Part shown: piece after piece, positions 20,767 through 30,255 of the stretch | Layout of the letters: every line of letters starts with the position of its first letter | Numbering within the stretch: position 1 is the first letter of the stretch | Assembly: GCA_947626095.1 (NCBI GenBank) | Contig: CANQQV010000003.1 | Span: forward strand, 82,458-146,457 | DNA length: 64,000 bases | Direction of reading: 5' to 3' | Source: an uncultured Bacilli bacterium | GTDB taxonomy: Bacteria; Bacillota_I; Bacilli_A; RF39; UBA660 | The notes under the pieces: model-generated | What the model was told of the DNA's origin: nothing | The model's input: only the letters and a program-made list of their open reading frames with translations | Databases searched by the model: none | Position numbers and translations under genes: made by a program

Positions 20767-22370
20767 TATGATAAACCAATTATTTCTCCATCCACTAAAT
20801 GAATCTTTTCATAATTTGGTTCCTTTGGTAAACCAGGCATAGTAATAATACTACCTAAATAAATTGTAATAAAACCAGCCCCATTATATACTTTAATATT
20901 TTTAACTGTTACTTCATAATCTTTTGGATAACCTAATACATCTTTATTATCAGATATTGAATACTGAGTCTTAGCAATACAAATTGGTTTCTTATCTAAC
21001 TTATTATCTTCTAGCATCTTAATCATTTTTAAGGCGCTTTCACTATAATTTATTTTACCAGCATTATAAATATCTTTAACAATACGTGATACTTTATCTT
21101 GTAATGGTAAATCCAAGCTATATAGTTCTTTGTATTTACTTTTTTTATTTACCATTTCTAAGACTTCATTAGCTAATGGAATTGCTCCTATTCCACCATC
21201 TTTATAAGCTGTTGAAACTGCAAATCTAACCTTTAACTTAGTTACATAATCTTTAACATATGCAATATCTTCATCTGTATCATTATCGTATTTATTTAAG
21301 CAAACAATAATATTATCTGTTATATTCTTCATAATATTTATATGTGCTTCTAAATTAGCAATTCCTTTTTTAATATCATCATTACCATTGTATTTTAAAG
21401 CTTTAATTGTTGTAACTAATACTGTTACATCAGGACATAAATTATTCAAACGACATTTAATATCATAAAATTTTAAGGCACCTAAATCACTACCAAAACC
21501 AGCTTCAGTAATACAATAATCACTTAAAGCTAAAGCCGTTCTAGTAGCAATAATACTTGAACAGCCATGAGCAATATTGGCAAAAGGCCCACCATGGACT
21601 ATTACTGGATTATGTTCCAAAGTCTGTACTAAATTTGGTTTAATAGCATCTTTAAGTAAAACTAACAATGAACCAGTTATATTGAAATCTTTAACAAATA
21701 AAGGTTTATTATCTTTCGTAAATCCCACTAAAATACTATCTAATTTATCTTTTAAATCATCCATATCTTTCGCTAAACATAAAATAGCCATTATTTCACT
21801 TGCTGCTGTTATATCAAACTTTTCTTGACGATGATAATTCTTACTATTAATAGTTATATCTTTTAATGCACGATCATTAACATCTAAACAACGATTAAAA
21901 ACTATATTATTTTCATCTATATTAAATTTATTACCTTGAAAAATATGATTATCTACGGCTGCACAAATCAAATTATTCGCCGCCGTTATGGCATGAAAAT
22001 CACCAGTAAAATTAAGATTAATATCTTCCATTGGAATAACTTGTGAATATCCTCCACCAGTTGCTCCACCTTTAATACCAAACACTGGCCCCAAAGAAGG
22101 TTCCCTTAAAGAAGCAACCGCCTTATGCCCTTCATGACATAATGCATCTAACAATCCGATTGATACTGTTGTCTTACCTTCACCAAAAGGCGTTGGTGAA
22201 GTTGCTGTTACCAATATTAATTTGCCTTTTTTATTACTTTTAACTTTTTCATAGTCAATCTTCGCCTTATAATTACCATATAATTCCAAATTATCTTTTA
22301 AATTTAACTTATCAGCAATTTTTGTAATTGGTTCTAATTGCACACTATGAGCTATTTCAATATCTGTCAT
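20766..22370 (-). CDS. fhs: Formate--tetrahydrofolate ligase
   Basis: MTDIEIA, TPFGEGKTT, LREPSLGPVFGIKGGATGGGYSQV, HGGPFANIAHG and TEAGFG motifs. Confidence 0.98.
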   Translation of the reverse strand: MTDIEIAHSVQLEPITKIADKLNLKDNLELYGNYKAKIDYEKVKSNKKGKLILVTATSPTPFGEGKTTVSIGLLDALCHEGHKAVASLREPSLGPVFGIKGGATGGGYSQVIPMEDINLNFTGDFHAITAANNLICAAVDNHIFQGNKFNIDENNIVFNRCLDVNDRALKDITINSKNYHRQEKFDITAASEIMAILCLAKDMDDLKDKLDSILVGFTKDNKPLFVKDFNITGSLLVLLKDAIKPNLVQTLEHNPVIVHGGPFANIAHGCSSIIATRTALALSDYCITEAGFGSDLGALKFYDIKCRLNNLCPDVTVLVTTIKALKYNGNDDIKKGIANLEAHINIMKNITDNIIVCLNKYDNDTDEDIAYVKDYVTKLKVRFAVSTAYKDGGIGAIPLANEVLEMVNKKSKYKELYSLDLPLQDKVSRIVKDIYNAGKINYSESALKMIKMLEDNKLDKKPICIAKTQYSISDNKDVLGYPKDYEVTVKNIKVYNGAGFITIYLGSIITMPGLPKEPNYEKIHLVDGEIIGLS

Positions 22371-22399
22371 TTTTATCACCCAGAATTAGTATATAATAT

Positions 22400-22642
22400 T
22401 TAAAACATTTTATCTACACTTTTAGGTACTTTTCCTTTTAAGATTGTTTCAACAATCTTATCTTCTTTCTCTTTAGATACACTCTTCCCTGTTAAATTAG
22501 ATAAAGTTGTAATAACTTCTCTTAAAGATTCCTCATCTTTTAAATTACCATTTTGTAATTTTGTTGCTAAAGAAAGAATCGTTTCTTTATCAACTTTTGT
22601 CTTTTTTTCTACTTTAGCAAAAAATTTATCATCAAAATTCAT
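22400..22642 (-). CDS. spoVIF: Stage VI sporulation protein F
   Basis: 80 aa; FFAKVEKKTKV...LA..LQ..NLKDE..LR.VI..LS.L.GK.VSKEKEDKIV matches the SpoVIF family. Confidence 0.88.
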   Translation of the reverse strand: MNFDDKFFAKVEKKTKVDKETILSLATKLQNGNLKDEESLREVITTLSNLTGKSVSKEKEDKIVETILKGKVPKSVDKMF

Positions 22643-22657
22643 AAAATCACCTACTAT

Positions 22658-22687
22658 ATTCTATGAAAGAATTTATTTAATGTATAA
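22658..22687 (-). promoter_or_regulatory. SigmaE/sigmaK-like promoter of spoVIF
   Basis: Minus strand TTATACA-15 nt-CATAGAAT. Confidence 0.6.
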
Positions 22688-22710
22688 TAAGTTCTATTTT
22701 TATCATAATA
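22682..22710 (+). promoter_or_regulatory. SigmaG-like promoter of the DUF1540 gene
   Basis: GTATA-17 nt-CATAATA, matching the sigmaG consensus GHATR-17/18-CATAnTA. Confidence 0.6.
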
Positions 22711-22724
22711 TTAATGGTGATATT

Positions 22725-22886
22725 ATGAATAATTTTAATCAAAAAATTGAATGTTCCGTAACTGATTGTGTTCATTGTGTAAATGGTATGAGCTGTGCTT
22801 TAACAACAATTCAAATAAGTAAAGATATTCGCAACGAAAATACAATGTATAACACCATTTGTCAAAGCTATGAAGAAGAAAAATAA
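22725..22886 (+). CDS. DUF1540 small Cys-rich protein
   Basis: NQKIECSVTDCVH...C....I.I...T.C.SY pattern; GGTGA RBS before the ATG at 22725. Confidence 0.8.
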   Translation: MNNFNQKIECSVTDCVHCVNGMSCALTTIQISKDIRNENTMYNTICQSYEEEK

Positions 22887-22945
22887 ACTGTTTTATAACA
22901 TTATTTAAAACAGTTGTGATATATTATTCCTAGAGGTTGAGTTAT

Positions 22946-24325
22946 ATGGACTTATTAAAAGGATTAGTGAAAAAATATCAAAAATGGACAATTACTACAA
23001 TTCTAATCTTATTACTTACTATAATCATTGGTATAATTATATTTCAATACAACAATAATCAAGAATTTAAATTAGAAATGGAAGTTATTAAAGAAACTAA
23101 AGACAATTATAATATTGAAATTAATTATCCTGTCCTCAATAACAAAGGTTTCAACAAAAAAATAACTAACCTTATTACAACGGAAAAAAATAACTTTAAA
23201 CAAAAAATAAAAGATATACCCAATACTAGCAATGAACTACGTATCGATTACGACTATACTCTAAAAGATAATATATATTCTATTCATCTTTTAATATATT
23301 CCTATACTGGTCAAAATAATGAATATTATCATAATGATAAAATATTTTATATAAACAAAGCTACCAACCAAGAATTATCGCTTTCCGATTTAGTTAATAG
23401 TGATATTTATACAAATATTAAAGAGGATTGTAAAAACTACTTAACTAATAAAAAAATCCCTTTATACGAAGATAACGTTATCGAACAAGCTTTAGACAAT
23501 CTTGCAGATTTTGCTTTATTAGCCTTTAGCGAAGAAGAAATGTTTGTCATTATTCCCCCTTATAAAGTTAGTGACAACGAAATGGATATTAATATTAATA
23601 TAAAATATAACAAAATCAAAGATGACTTAAATACCAAATATTTTACCTTTGCTAAAGATGAAGATTATCAAGTAAGTGGCCCAACTACTAATAACCAAGA
23701 GCGTAACTTAGATAACTTCAAAAATAAAAAGTTATTAGCTATAACCTTTGATGATGGTCCAAATTATAAAGTAACTAAATATTTAATTGATGAATTGGAA
23801 AAAAGAAATGCTCGTGTTACCTTCTTTATGGTTGGTAATCGCATAAATTCCCAAAAAGAATTAGTTAAAGAAATTTATGAAAAAGGTCATACAATTGGTT
23901 CTCATAGTTACGATCATAAATCATTAACTAAATTAAAAGAAAATCAATTAAAACAAGAAATAGATACAACCAATGAAATAATTCAAAGTATTACAGGTGA
24001 AACAGTTAAATACTTAAGGCCACCGTATGGTAATTATAATAAAGACATACTAAACGAAATCGACATGACTTTTATTTTATGGAATGTCGATACTGAAGAT
24101 TGGAAAAGTAAAGATAAAGATAAAGTATGTAATCACATCATTACGCATGCTAATGATGGTAATATAATTTTACTCCATGATTTGTATCAAACTTCTGTCG
24201 ATGGTGCCTTATGTGCAATCGACAAATTAAAAAATGAAGGTTATGAATTCGTAACCATTGAAGAAATGGCTAAAATAAAAGGAATAGAACTTAAAAATCA
24301 TACAGCCTATAGATATATAAAATAA
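22946..24325 (+). CDS. Polysaccharide/peptidoglycan deacetylase (CE4, PgdA/PdaC-like)
   Basis: TM anchor, DUF3298-like region, TFDDGP, HSYDH, RPPYG, WNVDTEDW and LLHD motifs. Confidence 0.93.
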   Translation: MDLLKGLVKKYQKWTITTILILLLTIIIGIIIFQYNNNQEFKLEMEVIKETKDNYNIEINYPVLNNKGFNKKITNLITTEKNNFKQKIKDIPNTSNELRIDYDYTLKDNIYSIHLLIYSYTGQNNEYYHNDKIFYINKATNQELSLSDLVNSDIYTNIKEDCKNYLTNKKIPLYEDNVIEQALDNLADFALLAFSEEEMFVIIPPYKVSDNEMDININIKYNKIKDDLNTKYFTFAKDEDYQVSGPTTNNQERNLDNFKNKKLLAITFDDGPNYKVTKYLIDELEKRNARVTFFMVGNRINSQKELVKEIYEKGHTIGSHSYDHKSLTKLKENQLKQEIDTTNEIIQSITGETVKYLRPPYGNYNKDILNEIDMTFILWNVDTEDWKSKDKDKVCNHIITHANDGNIILLHDLYQTSVDGALCAIDKLKNEGYEFVTIEEMAKIKGIELKNHTAYRYIK

Positions 24326-24352
24326 AAATCGCTTAAAGCGATTTTTTTATTA
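24324..24352. terminator. Bidirectional terminator
   Basis: AAAAATCGCT/AGCGATTTTT stem between convergent genes. Confidence 0.8.
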
Positions 24353-25558
24353 TTAACTTTTAATATATTGAATTCGATATCCAGAATAATCTTTCTTTCC
24401 ACAATCTTTTCCAGAAGTCATAAAACGTGATGATGCTGTATCCATTCTTTCAACCTTACCATCATAACTATCAATAATAAGTAAATCTTGTTCAGTTAAA
24501 CTGGAAGCATTAGTCACGCTTGACTTAAAGCCAACAACTGTTACAAAATGTCTTGAAGTACCCTGTTTATTACCATTAACTTGTAAAACAACAGGTCGGC
24601 CATTAGCAACTTCATTAAATACTTTTTCCAAAACATCTTCTTTACTATCATTAACATACGTAGCAAAACTACAACCACCTGAATTATAGTTAGCTCCATC
24701 ATCTGGAGAAGCTGCTGTGCTACCACGATACATCCCACAAGCATGAACATAAGCAAAACCTAGACATTTATCACTATACTTCGTCTTATTACTAGCTTGA
24801 AAAACCCCTTTACTACCAATAGCATTTGCATAATCTAATACTCTAATTGGTGTATTAACAACAGTAAAATTTTCACCTAAAATATTAAGTTCTGTAGTTC
24901 CTCCACTATTTAATACAGGATCGTATGATGTATTTCCGGAACTTCCACTACCTCCATTACCATTCGGTCCATTAGCTGGACCAGTATCTCGTGGAAGCTC
25001 AATCGTCATACATATACCATTTTCATATCGTCCATTTTTTGCTTTACATTCAATAATTAAAGCATTTTCATTAGCTTTAATTGAAGAGTCTGAAATACGT
25101 TTAACAAAACTTATCATATCATCTTCACGAGCAATCCCCGCTATTTTACTAACTGCATTCTCGGCTCTTTGAACTGTAGCAGTAGTTGGATTATTTTCCA
25201 TATTTTCTAATGCTGTTATTGCTTCAGCTATTGAATCATAATATTTAATATTGTTTTCCGTTGCATTTTCCATACATACCTTTAAATCTTCAAAAGATTC
25301 CCCAGTTAAAGAAAAAACATAACTGGCAATAGTTGGCATCAAAAAGATTACTAAACCAGCAATTAATTTTTTAACCGAAACTCCAAGTGCAGCCTTAAAA
25401 TCTTCTTCTTTACCACTTATAACTATTTTTGCTAAATTAACAATTACAGTAATTACAATAATAATTGGAACAACAATGAAAATTATTTTTAAAACATTAC
25501 GAAAAAAATATAAAGCTCTTAAAAATGATCCCGACTGACACAAATTACTTAGTTTCAT
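24353..25558 (-). CDS. Pilin-like (VirB2/TrbC-like two-TM) N-terminus fused to a papain-fold C39-like peptidase
   Basis: Two TM helices (IVVPIII...KKLIAGLVIFLMP), Gly/Asn/Ser linker, then KCLGFA...GRPVVL...HFVTVVG...IIDSYDG (Cys-His-Asp). Confidence 0.7.
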   Translation of the reverse strand: MKLSNLCQSGSFLRALYFFRNVLKIIFIVVPIIIVITVIVNLAKIVISGKEEDFKAALGVSVKKLIAGLVIFLMPTIASYVFSLTGESFEDLKVCMENATENNIKYYDSIAEAITALENMENNPTTATVQRAENAVSKIAGIAREDDMISFVKRISDSSIKANENALIIECKAKNGRYENGICMTIELPRDTGPANGPNGNGGSGSSGNTSYDPVLNSGGTTELNILGENFTVVNTPIRVLDYANAIGSKGVFQASNKTKYSDKCLGFAYVHACGMYRGSTAASPDDGANYNSGGCSFATYVNDSKEDVLEKVFNEVANGRPVVLQVNGNKQGTSRHFVTVVGFKSSVTNASSLTEQDLLIIDSYDGKVERMDTASSRFMTSGKDCGKKDYSGYRIQYIKS

Positions 25559-25573
25559 TCCCACACCTCTTTT

Positions 25574-27754
25574 TTATACCTGTAATGGATTATTATCAAT
25601 TTCAATATTAACTTTCAAATTGCTTACATATATCCTATCTAACTCTTTCAAAGTTTTAAATAAATTATCATCTTGTTTATATTTTATAATAATTTGAAAA
25701 CGATATATATTATTAATTTTAAACACTGATGCCGTAGTAGGCCCCAATATTATACTAGTCTTATTTAATTTACTACTTAAATAATTTTTAATTTTATTTA
25801 TCTCTTTTAAAGCTAATTCATAGTCTTTAGAGGAAGTCTTTACACTTGTTAAATAGTAATAAGGTGGATAATCAAGTTTATGACGATTTTCCATTTCATA
25901 ATTATAAAATCTTTCATAATCATGACGTGCAACACACTTTAAAGTAAAATTATCTGGATTCATTGTTTGAATAATTACTTCTCCCGGTATATCACTTCGA
26001 CCTGCTCTTCCTGCTACTTGTGATAACAAAGCATATGTTCTTTCTCCACTTCTAAAATCAGGAATATTTAATGTCGCATCAGCATTAACAATACCTACTA
26101 AAGTTACTAATGGAAAATTAAGTCCTTTTGAAATCATCTGTGTACCAAGTAAGATATCATACTCATGATTTTTAAAACGATTAATTATATCTTCATGTGC
26201 TCCTTTATTTCTTGTGGTATCAGCATCCATTCTAATTGTTCTAGCACTAGGTATTAATCTATTTATCTCTTGTTCTAATTTCTCAGTTCCAACGCCATAA
26301 TCCACTAAAGACTTATCATGACATTCTGGACATCTTTCTCCTTTAAAAATCGTATATCCACAATAATGACATCTTAAGTTATTGCTTGTCTTATGATAAG
26401 TTAAAGTAATATCACAATGTGGACATTTATAAGTATAACCACAAGTCTTACAAGTAATAACTGTTGAATACCCGCGACGATTAAGTAACAAAATTATTTG
26501 CTCTTTTTTTATTAATCGATCAACAATTTTATCTTTTAAAACTGAGGATAATATTACATTACGTTTCTTCATTTCCTCAATCATATTAACAATTAAGATT
26601 CTTGGTAATATTGCCTTACCAATTCTTTTTGGCATTGAAAGATACTTATATACTCCTTTTTTAGCCCTGGCCATTGATTCTAATGAAGGCGTTGCACTAC
26701 CTAAAACTAATGGAATATGATGATAATGACTTCTAAATTTTGCCATATCTATTGCATGATAACGCGGACTAGTTTCTTGTTTATATGTCTCACTATGTTC
26801 TTCATCAATAATTATAATCCCAATATTTTTTAAAGGTGTAAAAATTGCACTACGTGTTCCAATAACAATATGAACTTCACCTCTTAGTATTTTTAAATAT
26901 TCATCATATTTTTCCCCATCAGATAAAGCACTATGAAATATCGCCACATCATTTCCAAAACGATTATAAAAATTATTAATGATTTGCGTCGTTAAAGATA
27001 TTTCAGGTACTAACATAATCGCTGTCTGTCCACTTTTTACAACCTTCTCAATTAGCTGCATATAAACTTCTGTCTTTCCACTACCTGTAACTCCATGCAA
27101 AAGATAAGTATCTTCCTTATTAAGGACAACACTTTCCAAAGCCTTCTGTTGATCCAAAGACAATTCTTTTTTTTCTTCAACTACTTTTTTATTATTTAAA
27201 CGATATATTTGTTCTTTCGTTTCTTTAACTAATTTTTCTTCCTTTAAAGCCTTTACAATATTAGATGAAAAAGTATTCTTTAATATTCTTTTTTCTTTTA
27301 ATAGTAATTCCAAAGCTTCATTTTGTTTTTTACGACTAGGATGACTCACAATATATTCGTTAATTTCTAACTCATTTTTACTTAGTTCTAAATAAACTAA
27401 ATATTTCGAATAATTATTTTTTTGTTTTTTGACCTTTAAAGAACTAGGCAACATTGTTTGATAAGCCATAATTTTAGTACATAAAGTTTCTTCTTGTAAA
27501 TAAGTCCCCAGTTTTAATAATTCATCATTTAAAACTAAATACTTATCTACTACATCCTTAATTTCTTTTAATTCATAATCTTCTTGATATTCATCTTTGA
27601 TATTAGTTACAAAACCATTAATTATTTTATTCCCAAAAGGAACTAATACTTTCATTCCTATTTGTAAATCGTCTTTTAAAGATTCAGGGATTAAATATGT
27701 AAATGTTTTATCAATTGACTTAGCACTATACTCAATTAAAACTTCAGCGTACAT
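25574..27754 (-). CDS. priA: Primosomal protein N' (replication restart helicase)
   Basis: LHGVTGSGKTEVY, VPEISLT, IIDEEH, LGSATPS, two CxxC pairs and QVAGRAGR. Confidence 0.99.
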   Translation of the reverse strand: MYAEVLIEYSAKSIDKTFTYLIPESLKDDLQIGMKVLVPFGNKIINGFVTNIKDEYQEDYELKEIKDVVDKYLVLNDELLKLGTYLQEETLCTKIMAYQTMLPSSLKVKKQKNNYSKYLVYLELSKNELEINEYIVSHPSRKKQNEALELLLKEKRILKNTFSSNIVKALKEEKLVKETKEQIYRLNNKKVVEEKKELSLDQQKALESVVLNKEDTYLLHGVTGSGKTEVYMQLIEKVVKSGQTAIMLVPEISLTTQIINNFYNRFGNDVAIFHSALSDGEKYDEYLKILRGEVHIVIGTRSAIFTPLKNIGIIIIDEEHSETYKQETSPRYHAIDMAKFRSHYHHIPLVLGSATPSLESMARAKKGVYKYLSMPKRIGKAILPRILIVNMIEEMKKRNVILSSVLKDKIVDRLIKKEQIILLLNRRGYSTVITCKTCGYTYKCPHCDITLTYHKTSNNLRCHYCGYTIFKGERCPECHDKSLVDYGVGTEKLEQEINRLIPSARTIRMDADTTRNKGAHEDIINRFKNHEYDILLGTQMISKGLNFPLVTLVGIVNADATLNIPDFRSGERTYALLSQVAGRAGRSDIPGEVIIQTMNPDNFTLKCVARHDYERFYNYEMENRHKLDYPPYYYLTSVKTSSKDYELALKEINKIKNYLSSKLNKTSIILGPTTASVFKINNIYRFQIIIKYKQDDNLFKTLKELDRIYVSNLKVNIEIDNNPLQV

Positions 27755-27793
27755 TTAATCACCTTCATATAACGATTATACCATATATCCAAG

Positions 27794-27925
27794 AAAAAAA
27801 AGAGTTAAAACTCTTTTCTTCTTAAAGTGTGGCACTCAAACTGGTGCAGTATCACTTTCCCTTTTTCTTCTTTTTATTAGATATTAATCATCTAACCTTA
27901 GAGATAGCATACCTATTCTCTAAGA
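27794..27925 (-). ncRNA. Candidate structured small RNA (unassigned family)
   Basis: SigmaA-like TTTACA-16-TATTAT upstream, three hairpins and an intrinsic terminator (AAAAGAG/CTCTTTT plus U-tract); no ORF longer than 16 codons. Confidence 0.45.
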
Positions 27926-27960
27926 TTATTATAATACTTTACATTATATTTTTGTAAATA

Positions 27961-27996
27961 AAAAATAAACATTTACATACATATATGTAAATGTTT
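27961..27996 (-). terminator. Intrinsic terminator after the NlpC/P60-like gene
   Basis: AAACATTTACAT/ATGTAAATGTTT stem followed by a U-tract on the minus strand. Confidence 0.75.
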
Positions 27997-27999
27997 ACA

Positions 28000-28890
28000 T
28001 TAAGAAATCCTTATTATTTTACCTGGACGATCATCCTTCATAAACCATGTCATATTCTGCGGTCCACCTTTAGAATTACGCCATAAAGATTCATCACCAC
28101 AATCATAAGAATAAACATTACCATCTTTAACTGCTGCCACAATTGAAACATGACCATAACCTACTTTGCCATTTTTAGCGACATTAGTTCTCACAACAAT
28201 ATCCCCAGGTTTTACTTTGTTGGTAACATCTTCTCCAGCTGCTACCGATATTTCAGTCCAACCATATTTTTTATGCCAATCAGTTTTCATAAAATCTCTT
28301 GTTCGATGCTGTCCTCCAGCAAAATCTTTATATCCCATTTCATACAAAACCCAACTAACATATGAACTACAATCTATTAAATTCCCTTTAATCGGAATTT
28401 GTTCAGTATTTTCTGCATTATAATGAAAGTCTCCATTAACTACTTGATGCCATATTTTTTCAGCAACTGGTAAAACCTTAGTATTAGCCGAAGTATTATC
28501 ATTATCTAAAACAGTATAATCTAATTCTGGAACTTTATATGTAATACGATTTAAATCATTATTAGATTCATATAATAAATTTACTTCAGTATCACTTTCA
28601 TCCCAACAAGCACTTAAATAGTATTCATCTGGTTTTAAGGCTGTAAATAAATAATTAAGAGCTACTGGCAGTAAAAAAACAACTAAAAGCCCAATTAAAC
28701 TATTACGAAAGCGATATAACAACTTTTTTCTCGTTTCGTCATTAGGATTAATAATATATTTATATAAAGCCAAAGATAAAATAATAACAACTAATATTGG
28801 AATAATAATATGACATAATTGCATAAATATTTTAAATAATTTCATTGTTATTAAAACTATTTTACTCGTACACACATTATCTTTAAACAT
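28000..28890 (-). CDS. Pilin-like two-TM N-terminus fused to an NlpC/P60-type peptidoglycan amidase/endopeptidase
   Basis: Two TM helices (IIIPILV...NSLIGLLVVFLLP), then DCSSYVSWVL, KPGDIVV and GHVSIV motifs. Confidence 0.8.
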   Translation of the reverse strand: MFKDNVCTSKIVLITMKLFKIFMQLCHIIIPILVVIILSLALYKYIINPNDETRKKLLYRFRNSLIGLLVVFLLPVALNYLFTALKPDEYYLSACWDESDTEVNLLYESNNDLNRITYKVPELDYTVLDNDNTSANTKVLPVAEKIWHQVVNGDFHYNAENTEQIPIKGNLIDCSSYVSWVLYEMGYKDFAGGQHRTRDFMKTDWHKKYGWTEISVAAGEDVTNKVKPGDIVVRTNVAKNGKVGYGHVSIVAAVKDGNVYSYDCGDESLWRNSKGGPQNMTWFMKDDRPGKIIRIS

Positions 28891-28907
28891 CTATATCACT
28901 TCTTATA

Positions 28908-29765
28908 TTAATATCGACTTTTTATACATTTAGTAAATGTAATATTATTTTCCTTAATATTAACATTATTATTTATACCGCTACCTAATTCTATATCTGG
29001 TTTTATTAAAGGACCATGATAATCAGTTCCCCCAGTTTCTAACAAATTAAACTCTTTAGCTAATTCTTTATAGAACGCTCTTTGTTCATCACTATCATTA
29101 GAATGTATCGTTTCAATTCCTTTTAAACCAATTGAAATCAAATAAGCTACTTCATCATGTAATTCCTCATTACTTAATTTTAAAGACCAAGGATGTGCTA
29201 AAACAGCTACCCCACCAGCCAGATTAATCAAAGTTATTACTTCTTCTTTAGTTAAAGTTTTCTTCGTATCTCTAATACATTCATAAACATAATTTAAATA
29301 CTTGGTAAAAGCCTCATCCATATCTTTTACATATCCATCTTTAATAAGTAATTTCCCTAACTCAGGACGACCTATATTCCCCTTAGATGAAAACAAATTA
29401 TCTATATCTTTCTTATCAAAAACAATCTTAAAATCTTTTTCAAGGATTTCTAAATATCTTCGCATTGAATCATGCGAAATTCTTCTTAATTCTAATAAAG
29501 TATTATTCAAGTTTTGATTATCCAAATCAATATTATACCCTAAAATATGCATCTGCCCTTTACTAACTTTTGCATTCATTTCCACCCCACTATAAATAGT
29601 AATACCAGGATGTGGCAAAGCAACTAATATTTTAGATCCTTCAATAAAATCATGGTCAGTAAGAGCAATATACTTTAATTTTTTCTTTAAAGCCATATCT
29701 AATAATTCTTGAGGAGTATTACTACCATCTGAATAAATACTATGCATATGTAAATCGATATCCAT
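28908..29765 (-). CDS. PHP-domain phosphoesterase (TrpH/YciV-like)
   Basis: DLHMHSIYSDG, ALTDHD, GVE, HILGY, LAHP and GGTDYHG motifs. Confidence 0.93.
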   Translation of the reverse strand: MDIDLHMHSIYSDGSNTPQELLDMALKKKLKYIALTDHDFIEGSKILVALPHPGITIYSGVEMNAKVSKGQMHILGYNIDLDNQNLNNTLLELRRISHDSMRRYLEILEKDFKIVFDKKDIDNLFSSKGNIGRPELGKLLIKDGYVKDMDEAFTKYLNYVYECIRDTKKTLTKEEVITLINLAGGVAVLAHPWSLKLSNEELHDEVAYLISIGLKGIETIHSNDSDEQRAFYKELAKEFNLLETGGTDYHGPLIKPDIELGSGINNNVNIKENNITFTKCIKSRY

Positions 29766-29787
29766 ATAACCTCCTCTTTTCTATATA

Positions 29788-30195
29788 TTATTTACGATTA
29801 CGATATGTTCCCCACCACTTAGGAATAATATCCATCATTTTAAGAACCTTATCTTTTTCTAAACTTTCTAAAACTTCAATATCTCCATAATTAGGATTTA
29901 ATTCGAGCAAATATTCCAACGAACTTTCCGAAGGCATTATTATTTCTTCCAATTCATTTAAAACAACAATTTTATCAATAACATATTCATGATCATTAAA
30001 CATATTAATAATTGCACTTTTTTCTGCACTACAACTTATTATTGAATTAGAAGTAATACTACTTCCACTATATATTTTATTATTATGTCCCAAAATCGCA
30101 CAAGATGTATTACCTGTCATTATATAATCAGATACTTCTTTAGAAACTAAATTCTTTTTAGCCGCTTCATAAAGGCTACCCCAAATACGTTCCAT
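29788..30195 (-). CDS. Cytidine deaminase-fold protein with degenerate Zn ligands
   Basis: Collinear with small Firmicutes CDAs (W..LY.AA, IYSG, AE..AI.NM, IP.WWG), but CAE reads SAE and PCxxC reads PSESS. Confidence 0.75.
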   Translation of the reverse strand: MERIWGSLYEAAKKNLVSKEVSDYIMTGNTSCAILGHNNKIYSGSSITSNSIISCSAEKSAIINMFNDHEYVIDKIVVLNELEEIIMPSESSLEYLLELNPNYGDIEVLESLEKDKVLKMMDIIPKWWGTYRNRK

Positions 30196-30255
30196 ATCAC
30201 ACCTTCTTACTTAATGTATTATGATAACATACGAATGATTATTTTACAAACCAGA

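Noticed and set aside
20766-22379. fhs as evidence of Wood-Ljungdahl acetogenesis
   Set aside because: No other pathway genes are adjacent; a lone fhs is explained by formyl-THF supply, e.g. for fmt
29788-30195. Deaminase plus PHP as a dCTP-deaminase-type antiphage system
   Set aside because: The deaminase lacks Zn ligands and any kinase domain, and the PHP is an ordinary TrpH/YciV type
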